Of a DNA stretch of 32,000 nt, positions 23,980 to 32,000 are shown piece by piece. Below the pieces are notes generated by a model. It made no database searches and was not told the origin of the DNA. It worked only from the letters and a program-made list of their open reading frames with translations. Every line of letters starts with the position of its first letter. Position 1 is the stretch's first letter. Position numbers and translations under genes: made by a program. The stretch lies in NCBI GenBank assembly GCA_041494705.1, contig JBGQBI010000006.1, positions 30,001-62,000 of the forward strand, written 5' to 3'. This stretch comes from Candidatus Methanoperedens sp. Its GTDB lineage: Archaea > Halobacteriota > Methanosarcinia > Methanosarcinales > Methanoperedenaceae.

Positions 23980-24267
23980 TTGAATCTTACAATCCAGCCC
24001 ATCGGTGTGATTAAAAAATCCAGTTCAGGATTAACTGATGTGTTGATATACTCTGATTTCGAACCGATTCTCGGCAGCATCATGGAAAAATTCGAAAGGG
24101 GGACAAAGGTGCTGATTGTGCATAAGAACGGCGAATCAAAAGATAAACATCAGGTCAAGGTTTCGGCAGCCGAGTTAATAAACCGCAAAGGCAATCTTCT
24201 CATCGTAAAAGGCATCGAAGCCGATAATGATTCTGTAATAGATGTCAGATTGAAGGATGAAGTTTGA
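23980..24267 (+). CDS. Small hypothetical protein (95 aa), possibly a TsaA/YaeB-like beta-barrel fragment
   Basis: TTG start. The IQPIGVIKK... opening is reminiscent of the TsaA-like family, but the protein is much shorter. The functional call is weak. Confidence 0.4.
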   Translation: MNLTIQPIGVIKKSSSGLTDVLIYSDFEPILGSIMEKFERGTKVLIVHKNGESKDKHQVKVSAAELINRKGNLLIVKGIEADNDSVIDVRLKDEV

Positions 24268-24281
24268 ACTGAGGGATTTAA

Positions 24282-25298
24282 ATGGGGGTTGACCTTGGTG
24301 ACCTCTTTGATAAAAAGGAGATAGAGCTTACTGAGCTTAAAGGGAAAGTAATAGCTATCGATGCCTACAATACCCTTTACCAGTTCCTGAGCATAATCCG
24401 CCAGCGCGACGGCACGCCGCTCATGGATTCTCATGGCGGGATAACATCACATCTTTCAGGTTTTCTATACAGGACTACGAATCTTGTAGAAGCCGGTATC
24501 AAGCCGGTATTTGTCTTTGACGGGGCGCCTCCGGCATTCAAGAATAATACTATCGAGGAACGGAAAAAAATCCGCACTGAAGCCAGGGAAAAATGGGATG
24601 AGGCAAAAGCAAAAGGCGATGAGGAGGAAGCTTTCAAACACGCCCAGGCATCGTCCCGTATTGGCGGGAATATGATAGATGATGCCAAAAGCCTGCTGGG
24701 GTTCATGGGTGCGCCGGTCGTCCAGGCGCCCTCGGAGGGCGAGGCTCAGGCTGCATTCATGGTGAGGGAGAAAAAAGCTTATGCAGCAGGTTCGCAGGAT
24801 TACGATTCGCTGCTCTTCGGCGCATCCGTCATGGTCAGGAATCTTGCGGTTTCCGGAAAAAGGAAGCTTCCCGGGAAAAGTGTGTATGTCGATGTAAAAC
24901 CCGAACTTATCGAACTTGAACCCGGTCTAATTAAACTTGAGATTTCAAGGGAACAACTGGTTGATATAGCGCTTCTTGTGGGAACGGATTATAATGAGGG
25001 TATAAAAGGAATCGGTCCCAAGAAAGCCCTGAAACTGATAAAAAAACACGGCAGCATCGAGGGAGCGCTCGCCGAGTTGAATGTTGAGATTAAAGACCTG
25101 GCAGAAATAAAAGCCCTGTTCCTTGCTCCTGATGTTACGCAGGATTATGAACTGCGGTGGAAAAAACCCGACTCACCGGCGATAATAAAGTTCCTATGCG
25201 AAGAGCATGATTTCTCACAGGAACGGGTGTCAAAAGCGGTGGAGCGCTTACTTCTGGCCTCGGATGAAGGGCAGAAGACGCTGGATAAGTGGTTCTAG
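24282..25298 (+). CDS. fen: Flap endonuclease 1 (archaeal FEN1)
   Basis: MGVDLGDLF...[37 protein letters not shown]...[14 protein letters not shown]...[11 protein letters not shown]...[11 protein letters not shown]...VGTDYN. Confidence 0.95.
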   Translation: MGVDLGDLFDKKEIELTELKGKVIAIDAYNTLYQFLSIIRQRDGTPLMDSHGGITSHLSGFLYRTTNLVEAGIKPVFVFDGAPPAFKNNTIEERKKIRTEAREKWDEAKAKGDEEEAFKHAQASSRIGGNMIDDAKSLLGFMGAPVVQAPSEGEAQAAFMVREKKAYAAGSQDYDSLLFGASVMVRNLAVSGKRKLPGKSVYVDVKPELIELEPGLIKLEISREQLVDIALLVGTDYNEGIKGIGPKKALKLIKKHGSIEGALAELNVEIKDLAEIKALFLAPDVTQDYELRWKKPDSPAIIKFLCEEHDFSQERVSKAVERLLLASDEGQKTLDKWF

Positions 25299-26318
25299 CT
25301 AGGATTTTATTCCAAGCGCCTTATTCGTCTTCTTTATCGAGCTTGCCCCGTCCTTCTCAATCTCGAGCATCGCCCTGATGGCATCCACGTTCTCAGGAAC
25401 AACATCCGATTCCTGGTGTATCGCCTGGAAAAAGTACAGTTCACCTTTGTTAATCGCAATCGAGTCCTTCCACACCACGTTCTCCCACATGTCGCCCCTC
25501 GGTCTTCCAAGGTCCTTTGCCAATTCCATCGCCTCGGCGGTTGATTTTATCCTGTCCTTGCTGCTCACAAGCATGATTCTCGGTCTTTTTTCAAAGACTT
25601 TAATGATATCATCTTCCTTGCATGCCTTTTTCAATTCGATATTCAGCGCATGGAGATGCATGAGCGTGGTCGAGGTCTTCACTGCCATGGTCGTGATATC
25701 AATATCGGGAAGAATTGAATTCACATCAGGGCCGTGGTGAGACGGCAGCTTGATTGGGTCGGGAATGAGAGCGTTAATAGGGCCTGTGTTTATATCGTTG
25801 GGGTCGGCAGCCCGCCGCATCAATGTTACCCGCGCCTTCCTGACGCCAAATGCAGTATCAAGTGCGTACAGCACCCTTACAAGTCCTGTTGTGTTGCATG
25901 AAACTACCCTGGCAAAATCCCTGCCAAGAGCATCGCCGTAATTTGCCTCTGAATTGAATGAAAATCCAGATAATTCATGTTCTTCCCCGCCCTGCCAGAT
26001 GGCCTTGACGCCATGTTTTTCATAGAGTTTCTTATATTCTTCGCCCGTATCGCCAGGCGTGGCGTCAATCACGATATCTGCTTTGTCAAGCAGTTCTCCA
26101 AGTGTTCCGCTGACTTCAATTTTTGATTTCCTGAACTCCTCGATATTTTCTTTTGCAGCAGTATAAAGCGCAAAACCTTTTTCAAGCGCGATTCGCGCCT
26201 CAAAACTCGGTCTTGTTTTAACAACACCCACGACCTCCATGTCGCCCTGGGCAGCCACGGCATCCGCCACACGTTTTCCTATGGTTCCATAGCCATTTAT
26301 TGCAACTTTTGCCTTCAT
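25299..26318 (-). CDS. gap: Type II (archaeal) glyceraldehyde-3-phosphate dehydrogenase
   Basis: MKAKVAINGYGTIGKRVADAV...VVSCNTTGLVR (catalytic Cys)...PSHHGPDV. Confidence 0.93.
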   Translation of the reverse strand: MKAKVAINGYGTIGKRVADAVAAQGDMEVVGVVKTRPSFEARIALEKGFALYTAAKENIEEFRKSKIEVSGTLGELLDKADIVIDATPGDTGEEYKKLYEKHGVKAIWQGGEEHELSGFSFNSEANYGDALGRDFARVVSCNTTGLVRVLYALDTAFGVRKARVTLMRRAADPNDINTGPINALIPDPIKLPSHHGPDVNSILPDIDITTMAVKTSTTLMHLHALNIELKKACKEDDIIKVFEKRPRIMLVSSKDRIKSTAEAMELAKDLGRPRGDMWENVVWKDSIAINKGELYFFQAIHQESDVVPENVDAIRAMLEIEKDGASSIKKTNKALGIKS

Positions 26319-26345
26319 CTGTTATTCTCCCTGTCGTCAGATTAT

Positions 26346-26519
26346 TCAGCTATCTATTATAGCTTCCTGTTTTGTTATATTAATGTCAACAATCCTGCCA
26401 TGAATGGTTTTGGTCTCGCCGAAGAGACTCTGGAGCTTAATGGCATCTTTATCCGCAGTCAAACGTACGACGTCTTCCATAATCGTTTTTCCTTTAAGGA
26501 TTACCTTGAGTTCGCACAT
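26346..26519 (-). CDS. CooT-like small protein (putative nickel-binding/RNA-binding-like fold)
   Basis: Using the internal start, MCELKVILKGKTIMEDVVRLTADKDAIKLQSLFGETKTIHGRIVDINITKQEAII has the Met-Cys N-terminus and ~57-aa length typical of CooT-family proteins. The ORF-track entry extends to 26567. Confidence 0.5.
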   Translation of the reverse strand: MCELKVILKGKTIMEDVVRLTADKDAIKLQSLFGETKTIHGRIVDINITKQEAIIDS

Positions 26520-26633
26520 AGCTGTTAAATCGGTCTTGTTGATATTAATATTTATCATCCCTTGCAACTATAAAGGGATGGAGGCTTTGCTATACCTGAA
26601 CTGAAAGGACTTATAATACCAGATTATACGGTA

Positions 26634-27479
26634 ATGGAAGAGCATTCCATCGTGGTCCGAGGCGATGTTATTGTGGGGAATTACGCAGAACTCGCTTACG
26701 GTTTGATAGCAAACATGGTAATAGCAGGGGAGCATGTAAAGATAAACGGGAATATTCTTTCTGAGAACGATATCAGGATAGACCTGTGGTCTGAGATAAC
26801 AGGGGATGTCCGGACAAAGACCGATGCGTATCTCGGCGAATTTGTCAATATCAACGGGAAGCTCTTTGCGGCTGGCAATCTTGATGTGGGGAACAACGTG
26901 AAAATAAGCGGAGGCTATGATGTTAAAGGATGGCTGGTGGTGCGCAATCCCCTTCCTGTCATGATGTTCATATTCTTCTATCTTATGGCATTGCTTCGCT
27001 TCGGCAATGAGGAGGAGGTTGAAAAGGCGCTTGATGAGCTTTTCACGGAAGAGCCTTCAGATAATAAACTGTTGTCAATACCCAACAGGACAAAAATAGA
27101 CCTTGAAGCGATAAAGACCACCTCGCGCGCCGTGATTGGAAGCCACTGCCGCCTGCTCGGGAATATCCGGGCCCGTTCTATGTCGATGGGAAACCATGAC
27201 ACGTTGTTCGGGAGTATCCGCACCACCGGAGATATCGCAATCGGACGAAGCTGTATAATTCACGGGAATATTATCACGAAAGGAACGGTTGATATAGGAA
27301 GGAACTGCAATATTCTTGGGAAAATAACGGCGGACGCGATAGTATTGCATGAAACCTCCAAAGTTAATGGCGAACTGGTAGCCCCGAACAGCGTGAAAAT
27401 AGTGCGGGATGACCTTGAAGGGCTGGATGAGGTCGGGAAAAAGCTGTTCTACGGGTTTACCCTGCTTGAGGATGTTTGA
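26634..27479 (+). CDS. Bactofilin-like polymer-forming (beta-helical repeat) protein with a central hydrophobic segment
   Basis: Repeated G(D/N)(V/I)xxxxxxxI motifs on both sides of PLPVMMFIFFYLMALL. Confidence 0.55.
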   Translation: MEEHSIVVRGDVIVGNYAELAYGLIANMVIAGEHVKINGNILSENDIRIDLWSEITGDVRTKTDAYLGEFVNINGKLFAAGNLDVGNNVKISGGYDVKGWLVVRNPLPVMMFIFFYLMALLRFGNEEEVEKALDELFTEEPSDNKLLSIPNRTKIDLEAIKTTSRAVIGSHCRLLGNIRARSMSMGNHDTLFGSIRTTGDIAIGRSCIIHGNIITKGTVDIGRNCNILGKITADAIVLHETSKVNGELVAPNSVKIVRDDLEGLDEVGKKLFYGFTLLEDV

Positions 27480-27542
27480 AGATGTGTGCTGTCGAAATTT
27501 GATTAAAATACCAACATCAGCACCAAGGCTGATGATAATTAT

Positions 27543-28259
27543 ATGAGCCCAATAACGCGGACTGTCCCGCGATACGATATGCTTTTCAGGAATGGTGAGT
27601 TCAACGGAACCCTCCTAGTCGGACCTGACCCACTCGGGGCAGATTTTGACTACAGGGTATTCCTGGAGGCCAGGCGAATACTGAGAATGATAGGCTTTCG
27701 TATGAATGAAGGCAAACGCGGGTTCGAGGAATACCAGAAAAATTTCACTTATGATAACAAAAATATCAAAGCGCGCATACGACTTGTCCTTGGCCGCAAT
27801 TATGATGGGGACCTGCAGGAATTCTGGCGGGAATCGCTGGCACATGAAGATTTCATTTATCTAAAAACCCATGCAGGATACGGCAAACATCTCAGCCTGA
27901 GCGATGATGTGCGTTACTTTACCGATGCCATGAAGGAAGGGTTTGTCCATCCTGGAAAAAAACCATACCAGTTGTATTATCTTGATTGCTGCAAGAGTGA
28001 GATGTATTATAAGGATGTGTTCCGAAACTTTGTAGGAAGCGATGGCGTAGACCTTATTTTGCATAAATGGTTCTGTGATTACAAGATAATAGGACCCGTC
28101 ATGGTGCTTATCCGGGAACTGATGGAAGGTTCGGATTTTGAGACCATAGTTTCAAAAATGAACGACGAATATGGAATCCCGCATTTTGATGTGGAAGATG
28201 ACCCTACTGATATGACGCTGGACAGGAAGATGGTCACTTATTCTGTAAGCCAGAGGTAA
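27543..28259 (+). CDS. Hypothetical protein with a caspase-like His...Cys arrangement
   Basis: FIYLKTHAGYG, then 39 residues, then QLYYLDCCKS. See the findings entry. No family is assigned. Confidence 0.55.
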   Translation: MSPITRTVPRYDMLFRNGEFNGTLLVGPDPLGADFDYRVFLEARRILRMIGFRMNEGKRGFEEYQKNFTYDNKNIKARIRLVLGRNYDGDLQEFWRESLAHEDFIYLKTHAGYGKHLSLSDDVRYFTDAMKEGFVHPGKKPYQLYYLDCCKSEMYYKDVFRNFVGSDGVDLILHKWFCDYKIIGPVMVLIRELMEGSDFETIVSKMNDEYGIPHFDVEDDPTDMTLDRKMVTYSVSQR

Positions 28260-28322
28260 AAGTAAGGAGTTCAGGTTTTTGCTTATTTTTTATCCACAAT
28301 TTCGTTTTGTAAATTCAATATT

Positions 28323-30035
28323 CTATGATATGGAAGAAAATCCGTAAAATTTACAGCCAGCCGACGCAGCAATAGAACGACTGGTATTGCCGCTGTCATT
28401 GCAACCCAGCAGCAAATTCAAGAGGGAATCGACTTCACCTGAAGGTATCTGCGGTTTTCGCACGCCGCTTTGATTGACTGCTTTTTCAGATTGTGGGATT
28501 TCAGCGTTTGTCGGAACAGGTGTTGGTGCCTGCACGGGCTGCGGTGCTGTAATTTCAGGGGCTGGTGCTTCTGTAGTAATAACCACAGGAGATTTTATCC
28601 TTATTTCAAGTTCCTGGCTCTCCGTGCTAATCTTAGCACCTTTACTTCCAAGTTCGTAATATTCTGCAGTTGCCCGGGGAAGTTTAACCGGCTGTTCAGA
28701 ATTTATTTTAAGAGTATAGCTGAAACTCACTTCATTGTTTGCTTCCAGATACGCATCGGTTGAGGTGTTGCCGCTGACGATAGTGGCTTCCAGGGGCAAT
28801 GCATCTCTGATAGTGACCCTTGTGGGGGTGCTACCGGTATTTCTTGCAACTACCGTTACAGTTACGATATCGTTTGGATTGATTTCAGAAACGTCTGTTT
28901 GTTTAGTCAGTACAATGCTGGGTCCGTATACCACAACAGCGACCTCGTTTGATTTTACAGCATAAAATTCATTTTTTTGTGTGAATTCAGCAATCGCAGA
29001 CGGTAATACGATGCCATCTTTGTCTGGCACCTGTGGTTTTATCAAGTAGTGGAAGTCCCAATCTCCCATAGCAGGAAGATCAATGACCCAGTGCAGCGAA
29101 TTATTATTCGTTAGTTTAAATCCATTTGGCACATAATCGGTAACACTCACATTTTTAAGATCATATTTTGCATTGTTTTTAACTGATAGCGACACGATCG
29201 CAAAATCCTTTAAATATACCCTCTCATTTACGCTCTTATTTATGGAAAGGCTTACCTGTGGCTCGGTTAATACTGAAATAGTATTTTGGGACTCTGTAGT
29301 GTATGGAAGTTTCTTGACATCGTAGCCCGTTACATTTGCAACTATTTCATAAGATTTCGTTTCAGCGATATTGGGTGATGAAAACGTGATGGTTTCTGAG
29401 GCTGAACCTATTTTCACACTATCATAATGGAATTTTAAAATTCCTTTCTTAATTGGAAGATCGGTTTTGATATTCATGTCAACATTAAACGCATCAGCCG
29501 TACCGGTATTTCTTAATGTTACAACCGTAACAATTTCTGTTGCTGATGATGATGCGTACTCGTTTTTGTCTGTCTCCACTGATACCGTAAGTTCCGGTTT
29601 GCCCCTCGGGTCCAATTCAATTGTCGCCCAGGGTTCGTAACTTTCAAAAAGCCACTCTGAGGAATTCTTAGAAGGCATATCTCTTACTGTAACTTCCAGT
29701 TCATTATCTGGTGTTATATACGATTCTGCAAGTCCGAGTATTATAGTATCGATTAAAGTACCGTTTTTGGATATATTCAATCCTGCAAACTGCTCAACTG
29801 GTTCAGCGGGTGTATTCTTATATTTATCATGTTCTACCGGGGCAGGGAACGAAACGGCCTTTACAGAATATTCACCCAACGAAATAATACCTTCACGCTG
29901 GAGTTTGGCTGATACCCCTGGCGCCCACTGGAGCCCGGGATTATCTAAAGCCAGAGCTATACTTATAAAACCTGACAAAATCAGGGTTATCATAGCCAAT
30001 TTAATCAAGCCGTGGTTTTTTCTCCCTGCATTCAT
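28323..30035 (-). CDS. Secreted or cell-surface protein with repeated DUF11/CARDB-like beta-sandwich domains and a Pro/Thr-rich linker
   Basis: N-terminal signal/anchor LIKLAMITLILSGFISIALA. Repeats such as VTVVTLRNTGTADAFNVDMNI, VSLSVKNNAKYDLKNVSVTDYVP and TVTVVARNTGSTPTRVTIRDALP. Linker APAPEITAPQPVQAPTPVPT. Confidence 0.7.
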   Translation of the reverse strand: MNAGRKNHGLIKLAMITLILSGFISIALALDNPGLQWAPGVSAKLQREGIISLGEYSVKAVSFPAPVEHDKYKNTPAEPVEQFAGLNISKNGTLIDTIILGLAESYITPDNELEVTVRDMPSKNSSEWLFESYEPWATIELDPRGKPELTVSVETDKNEYASSSATEIVTVVTLRNTGTADAFNVDMNIKTDLPIKKGILKFHYDSVKIGSASETITFSSPNIAETKSYEIVANVTGYDVKKLPYTTESQNTISVLTEPQVSLSINKSVNERVYLKDFAIVSLSVKNNAKYDLKNVSVTDYVPNGFKLTNNNSLHWVIDLPAMGDWDFHYLIKPQVPDKDGIVLPSAIAEFTQKNEFYAVKSNEVAVVVYGPSIVLTKQTDVSEINPNDIVTVTVVARNTGSTPTRVTIRDALPLEATIVSGNTSTDAYLEANNEVSFSYTLKINSEQPVKLPRATAEYYELGSKGAKISTESQELEIRIKSPVVITTEAPAPEITAPQPVQAPTPVPTNAEIPQSEKAVNQSGVRKPQIPSGEVDSLLNLLLGCNDSGNTSRSIAASAGCKFYGFSSIS

Positions 30036-30402
30036 AAGCCAGAATATTTTTTTATTAAAAAATCTATTCCTTATTAGTATCTAATAAGAGCAAAATACTT
30101 ATAATTTCCGATACAGTTAAAAACAATTCAATGTTCAATCTGAGTTCCTTGAAAACCGGCCATGCCCCCAATTTCAATGAATTCCATGGCATTTTCTTCC
30201 GACTATCAAATAAATCTTTTTTACCATTCCAAACATCCAATGGCGGCATCAGAGCAGCTAATATTCGATTTAAATCAGTATTTTTCCTTGAATTTGAGTA
30301 AAGGTTATTCAGGCTAAAGAAATATTCGGACACACCGGATAGAACATTTATCATTACGGAAACATTGATGATACATAAGCGAGATTTTGAAAAAAGGAAA
30401 CT

Positions 30403-31152
30403 ATGGATATAAGATTTTATAAGAAACCGGAAATGACAAACCCACGAATGCTGGTCGGTCTTCCTGGTATGGGAATGGTTGCAAGGACTACTGTTAACTA
30501 TTTTATAGAATTCTTAAAGCCGGAATTGTTTGCGGATATTCCGGTGCCTTATCTCTCGCCTTCAATTGCCTTTTTTGAGAAGGGCCTGGTAGTACCCGTG
30601 GACAGGGATAAAAGCCCATTCAAGTTCTACTATTCACAGGAAAACAATCTCATACTGTTCTCTGGCGATATGCAAATTGGATATATCGCAAAGGATAATG
30701 AACTCGCCGAAAAAATAATCGAAGCTGCGAAGCTTTGCGGGGTTGATACTGTTTATACGGTAATAGCAACGCAGGTAAAAAAATATGTTGAGGAACCGCA
30801 GGTATTCGGGGTCGCAACATCACCTGAACTTCTTGAATTTTTAAAAAGTAAAGATGTGGAGATAGCGGATGGCAGCCTGCAGATAAGCGGGGTTAATGGA
30901 CTTGTAATCGAATATGCAAAGCGCAATGGGATTAATGGAATATCCTTACTCAGCGAGACGGTTTTTCCTGATGCGCTGGATATAAAAGCATGTTATGCAG
31001 GGATAAAAAAGGTTTCGGAGCTTCTGGGAATTGAGATTGATATGAGCAGGATTGAGAGTGAAGCGAAGAAATTCGATGAAGGTTTTAAAAGGTATTTGAA
31101 AGAGATACAGGAAAAGAAGAGGAAAGAGGAGGATTTGGGGTATATTGGGTGA
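30403..31152 (+). CDS. PAC2-family (proteasome assembly chaperone-like) protein
   Basis: The MLVGLPGMGMVARTTVNYFIE... N-terminus is typical of archaeal PAC2/COG1938 proteins, and there is an acidic/Lys-rich tail. Confidence 0.7.
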   Translation: MDIRFYKKPEMTNPRMLVGLPGMGMVARTTVNYFIEFLKPELFADIPVPYLSPSIAFFEKGLVVPVDRDKSPFKFYYSQENNLILFSGDMQIGYIAKDNELAEKIIEAAKLCGVDTVYTVIATQVKKYVEEPQVFGVATSPELLEFLKSKDVEIADGSLQISGVNGLVIEYAKRNGINGISLLSETVFPDALDIKACYAGIKKVSELLGIEIDMSRIESEAKKFDEGFKRYLKEIQEKKRKEEDLGYIG

Positions 31153-31180
31153 GATGACTGAATCCTTCTTGACACGCCCT

Positions 31181-31795
31181 TCACTTTCCCCTCTTATCCG
31201 GACACAGCTCACCAAGCATACACACTCCGCATTTCGGCCCCACAGGTCTGCATATATCCTGCCCGAACCTCACAAGTAGCTCATTGATATTGCGCCAGTG
31301 CTTCTTGGGGAGGATTTCGCGAAGTTTAATTTCTGTCTCTTCTGGTGATTTTGTGCTTACAAGCCCGAGCCTGTTTGAGATCCTGTGGACATGAGTATCC
31401 ACAGCAATCGCATCCTTGCCAAAGCCATAAACGAGAACACAATTTGCAGTCTTTCTGCCAACGCCCGGAAGTGAGAGCAATGTTTCCATATCATCCGGCA
31501 CCTTGCCCTTATAATCATTGCTGATTATCCGGGCTATTTCTTTTACTCGCGGCGCCTTTATGCGATAGAACCCGACTTCGCGTATCAATTCCTCAATGTC
31601 CGAAACATCGGCATGTGCAAGCGCCTCTGGCGTGCCATATTTAGCAAAGAGCTTCTCCGATGCCCTGTCCGTGACCTCATCGCGGGTGCGCTGGGAGAGG
31701 ACTGTGGCTATTAGCTGGAGAAAAGGGTCGCGTGAATTGAATTTGCCTGGAGGATAGCGGTTTTTAAGGCGGGAGATGATGAGGTCGATGGGCAT
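31181..31795 (-). CDS. nth: Endonuclease III (HhH-GPD DNA glycosylase with a 4Fe-4S cluster)
   Basis: LLSLPGVGRKTANCVL (HhH-GPD), VDTHVHR, and the C-terminal CX6CX2CX5C cluster (CRPVGPKCGVCMLGELC). Confidence 0.9.
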   Translation of the reverse strand: MPIDLIISRLKNRYPPGKFNSRDPFLQLIATVLSQRTRDEVTDRASEKLFAKYGTPEALAHADVSDIEELIREVGFYRIKAPRVKEIARIISNDYKGKVPDDMETLLSLPGVGRKTANCVLVYGFGKDAIAVDTHVHRISNRLGLVSTKSPEETEIKLREILPKKHWRNINELLVRFGQDICRPVGPKCGVCMLGELCPDKRGK

Positions 31796-31818
31796 AGTTT
31801 GTACTTTCGGCGCAATGG

Positions 31819-32000
31819 TCAGGCTTCAATTAACTTCTCGATTGTCTCTGCGAACTCATACAGGTCATCAATATCCTCTTTCAGGTATTGGTAAGCTCTT
31901 GAATCATCCACCTTGCCATACCTGTGGACAAGGAGATTCCTGAAGCTGACCATATCCTCAAGACTGTTTGAGAGTTTTTTAGGGATTATTTTGTCATCGG
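31819..32000 (-). CDS. HepT/DUF86 (HEPN-domain) toxin, 3' part only; the gene starts beyond the window end
   Basis: Absent from the ORF track. Hand translation gives ...DDKIIPKKLSNSLEDMVSFRNLLVHRYGKVDDSRAYQYLKEDIDDLYEFAETIEKLIEA*, which contains the HEPN R-x4-H motif (RNLLVH) followed by RYGKVD, as in DUF86 proteins. Confidence 0.7.
   Translation of the reverse strand, partial: DDKIIPKKLSNSLEDMVSFRNLLVHRYGKVDDSRAYQYLKEDIDDLYEFAETIEKLIEA

Noticed and set aside
25296-25301. Back-to-back stop codons of the convergent fen and gap genes forming the palindrome TAGCTA with zero intergenic spacing
   Set aside because: This is a compact-genome curiosity. Nothing suggests a function beyond tight packing.
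30064-30354. A 96-aa minus-strand ORF between the surface-protein gene and the PAC2 gene
   Set aside because: It has no recognisable motif and no RBS, and it lies in an AT-rich context that probably holds the divergent promoters. There is too little support to call it a gene.
1-32000. Avoidance of CTGCAG, the prototype BsuBI/PstI site, as evidence for long-term residence of the R-M system
   Set aside because: By eye I found at least 9 sites (for example 1004, 4119, 4762, ~10962, ~14243, ~27815, ~28664, ~30886), which is about the random expectation. There is no avoidance signal in this window.
1-32000. CRISPR arrays, rRNA genes, transposases/IS elements and integrases
   Set aside because: I saw no regularly spaced direct repeats. 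None of the ORF translations carry DDE, tyrosine-recombinase or serine-recombinase signatures.

Overview
The window looks archaeal. It encodes FEN1, a type II GAPDH, a THUMP/Trm-G10-type tRNA methyltransferase and a PAC2-family protein. It also has an archaeal-type tRNA-Glu and CGAAA-N(1-3)-TATA promoter grammar. Gene content suggests a Methanosarcinales/ANME-like euryarchaeon, which is inference only.

The window is compositionally mosaic (GC values are hand counts on 60-nt samples).

(1) 1..~9300, minus strand: a tightly packed operon for an extracellular contractile injection system (eCIS; phage-tail-like, Afp/PVC class). Transcription order is AAA+ ATPase, DUF4255 cap, two lineage-specific small proteins, sheath, tube, a chaperone-position protein, a hidden 60-codon ORF with no canonical start, a second tube paralog, a 711-aa tape-measure-position protein with ~100-aa periodic repeats, and the start of a tube-initiator/LysM-type protein. 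The operon runs off the window, so the baseplate and spike genes are presumably beyond position 1.

(2) 9480..11591, minus strand: a DUF4157-type eCIS cargo protein. Its last ~185 codons plus the following 145-codon ORF lie in a sharply bounded ~1 kb block of ~63-68% GC, against ~30-45% in the flanks. This looks like a swapped toxin-C-terminal-domain plus immunity-like cassette of foreign, high-GC origin.

(3) A ~110 bp promoter-plus-leader element occurs twice: upstream of the eCIS operon and upstream of a small Cys-rich gene.

(4) A tRNA-Glu(CUC) at 12302..12376 separates the eCIS side from two small genes and a low-GC BsuBI/PstI-family type II R-M pair.

(5) 16.5-32 kb is ordinary core genome: a flavodoxin-like protein, a hydrolase, an ALDH plus class III aminotransferase, a tRNA methyltransferase, truA, mdh, fen, gap, a bactofilin-like protein, a surface protein, PAC2, nth and a partial HepT/DUF86 toxin at the window edge.

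No CRISPR array, rRNA, transposase or integrase was seen.
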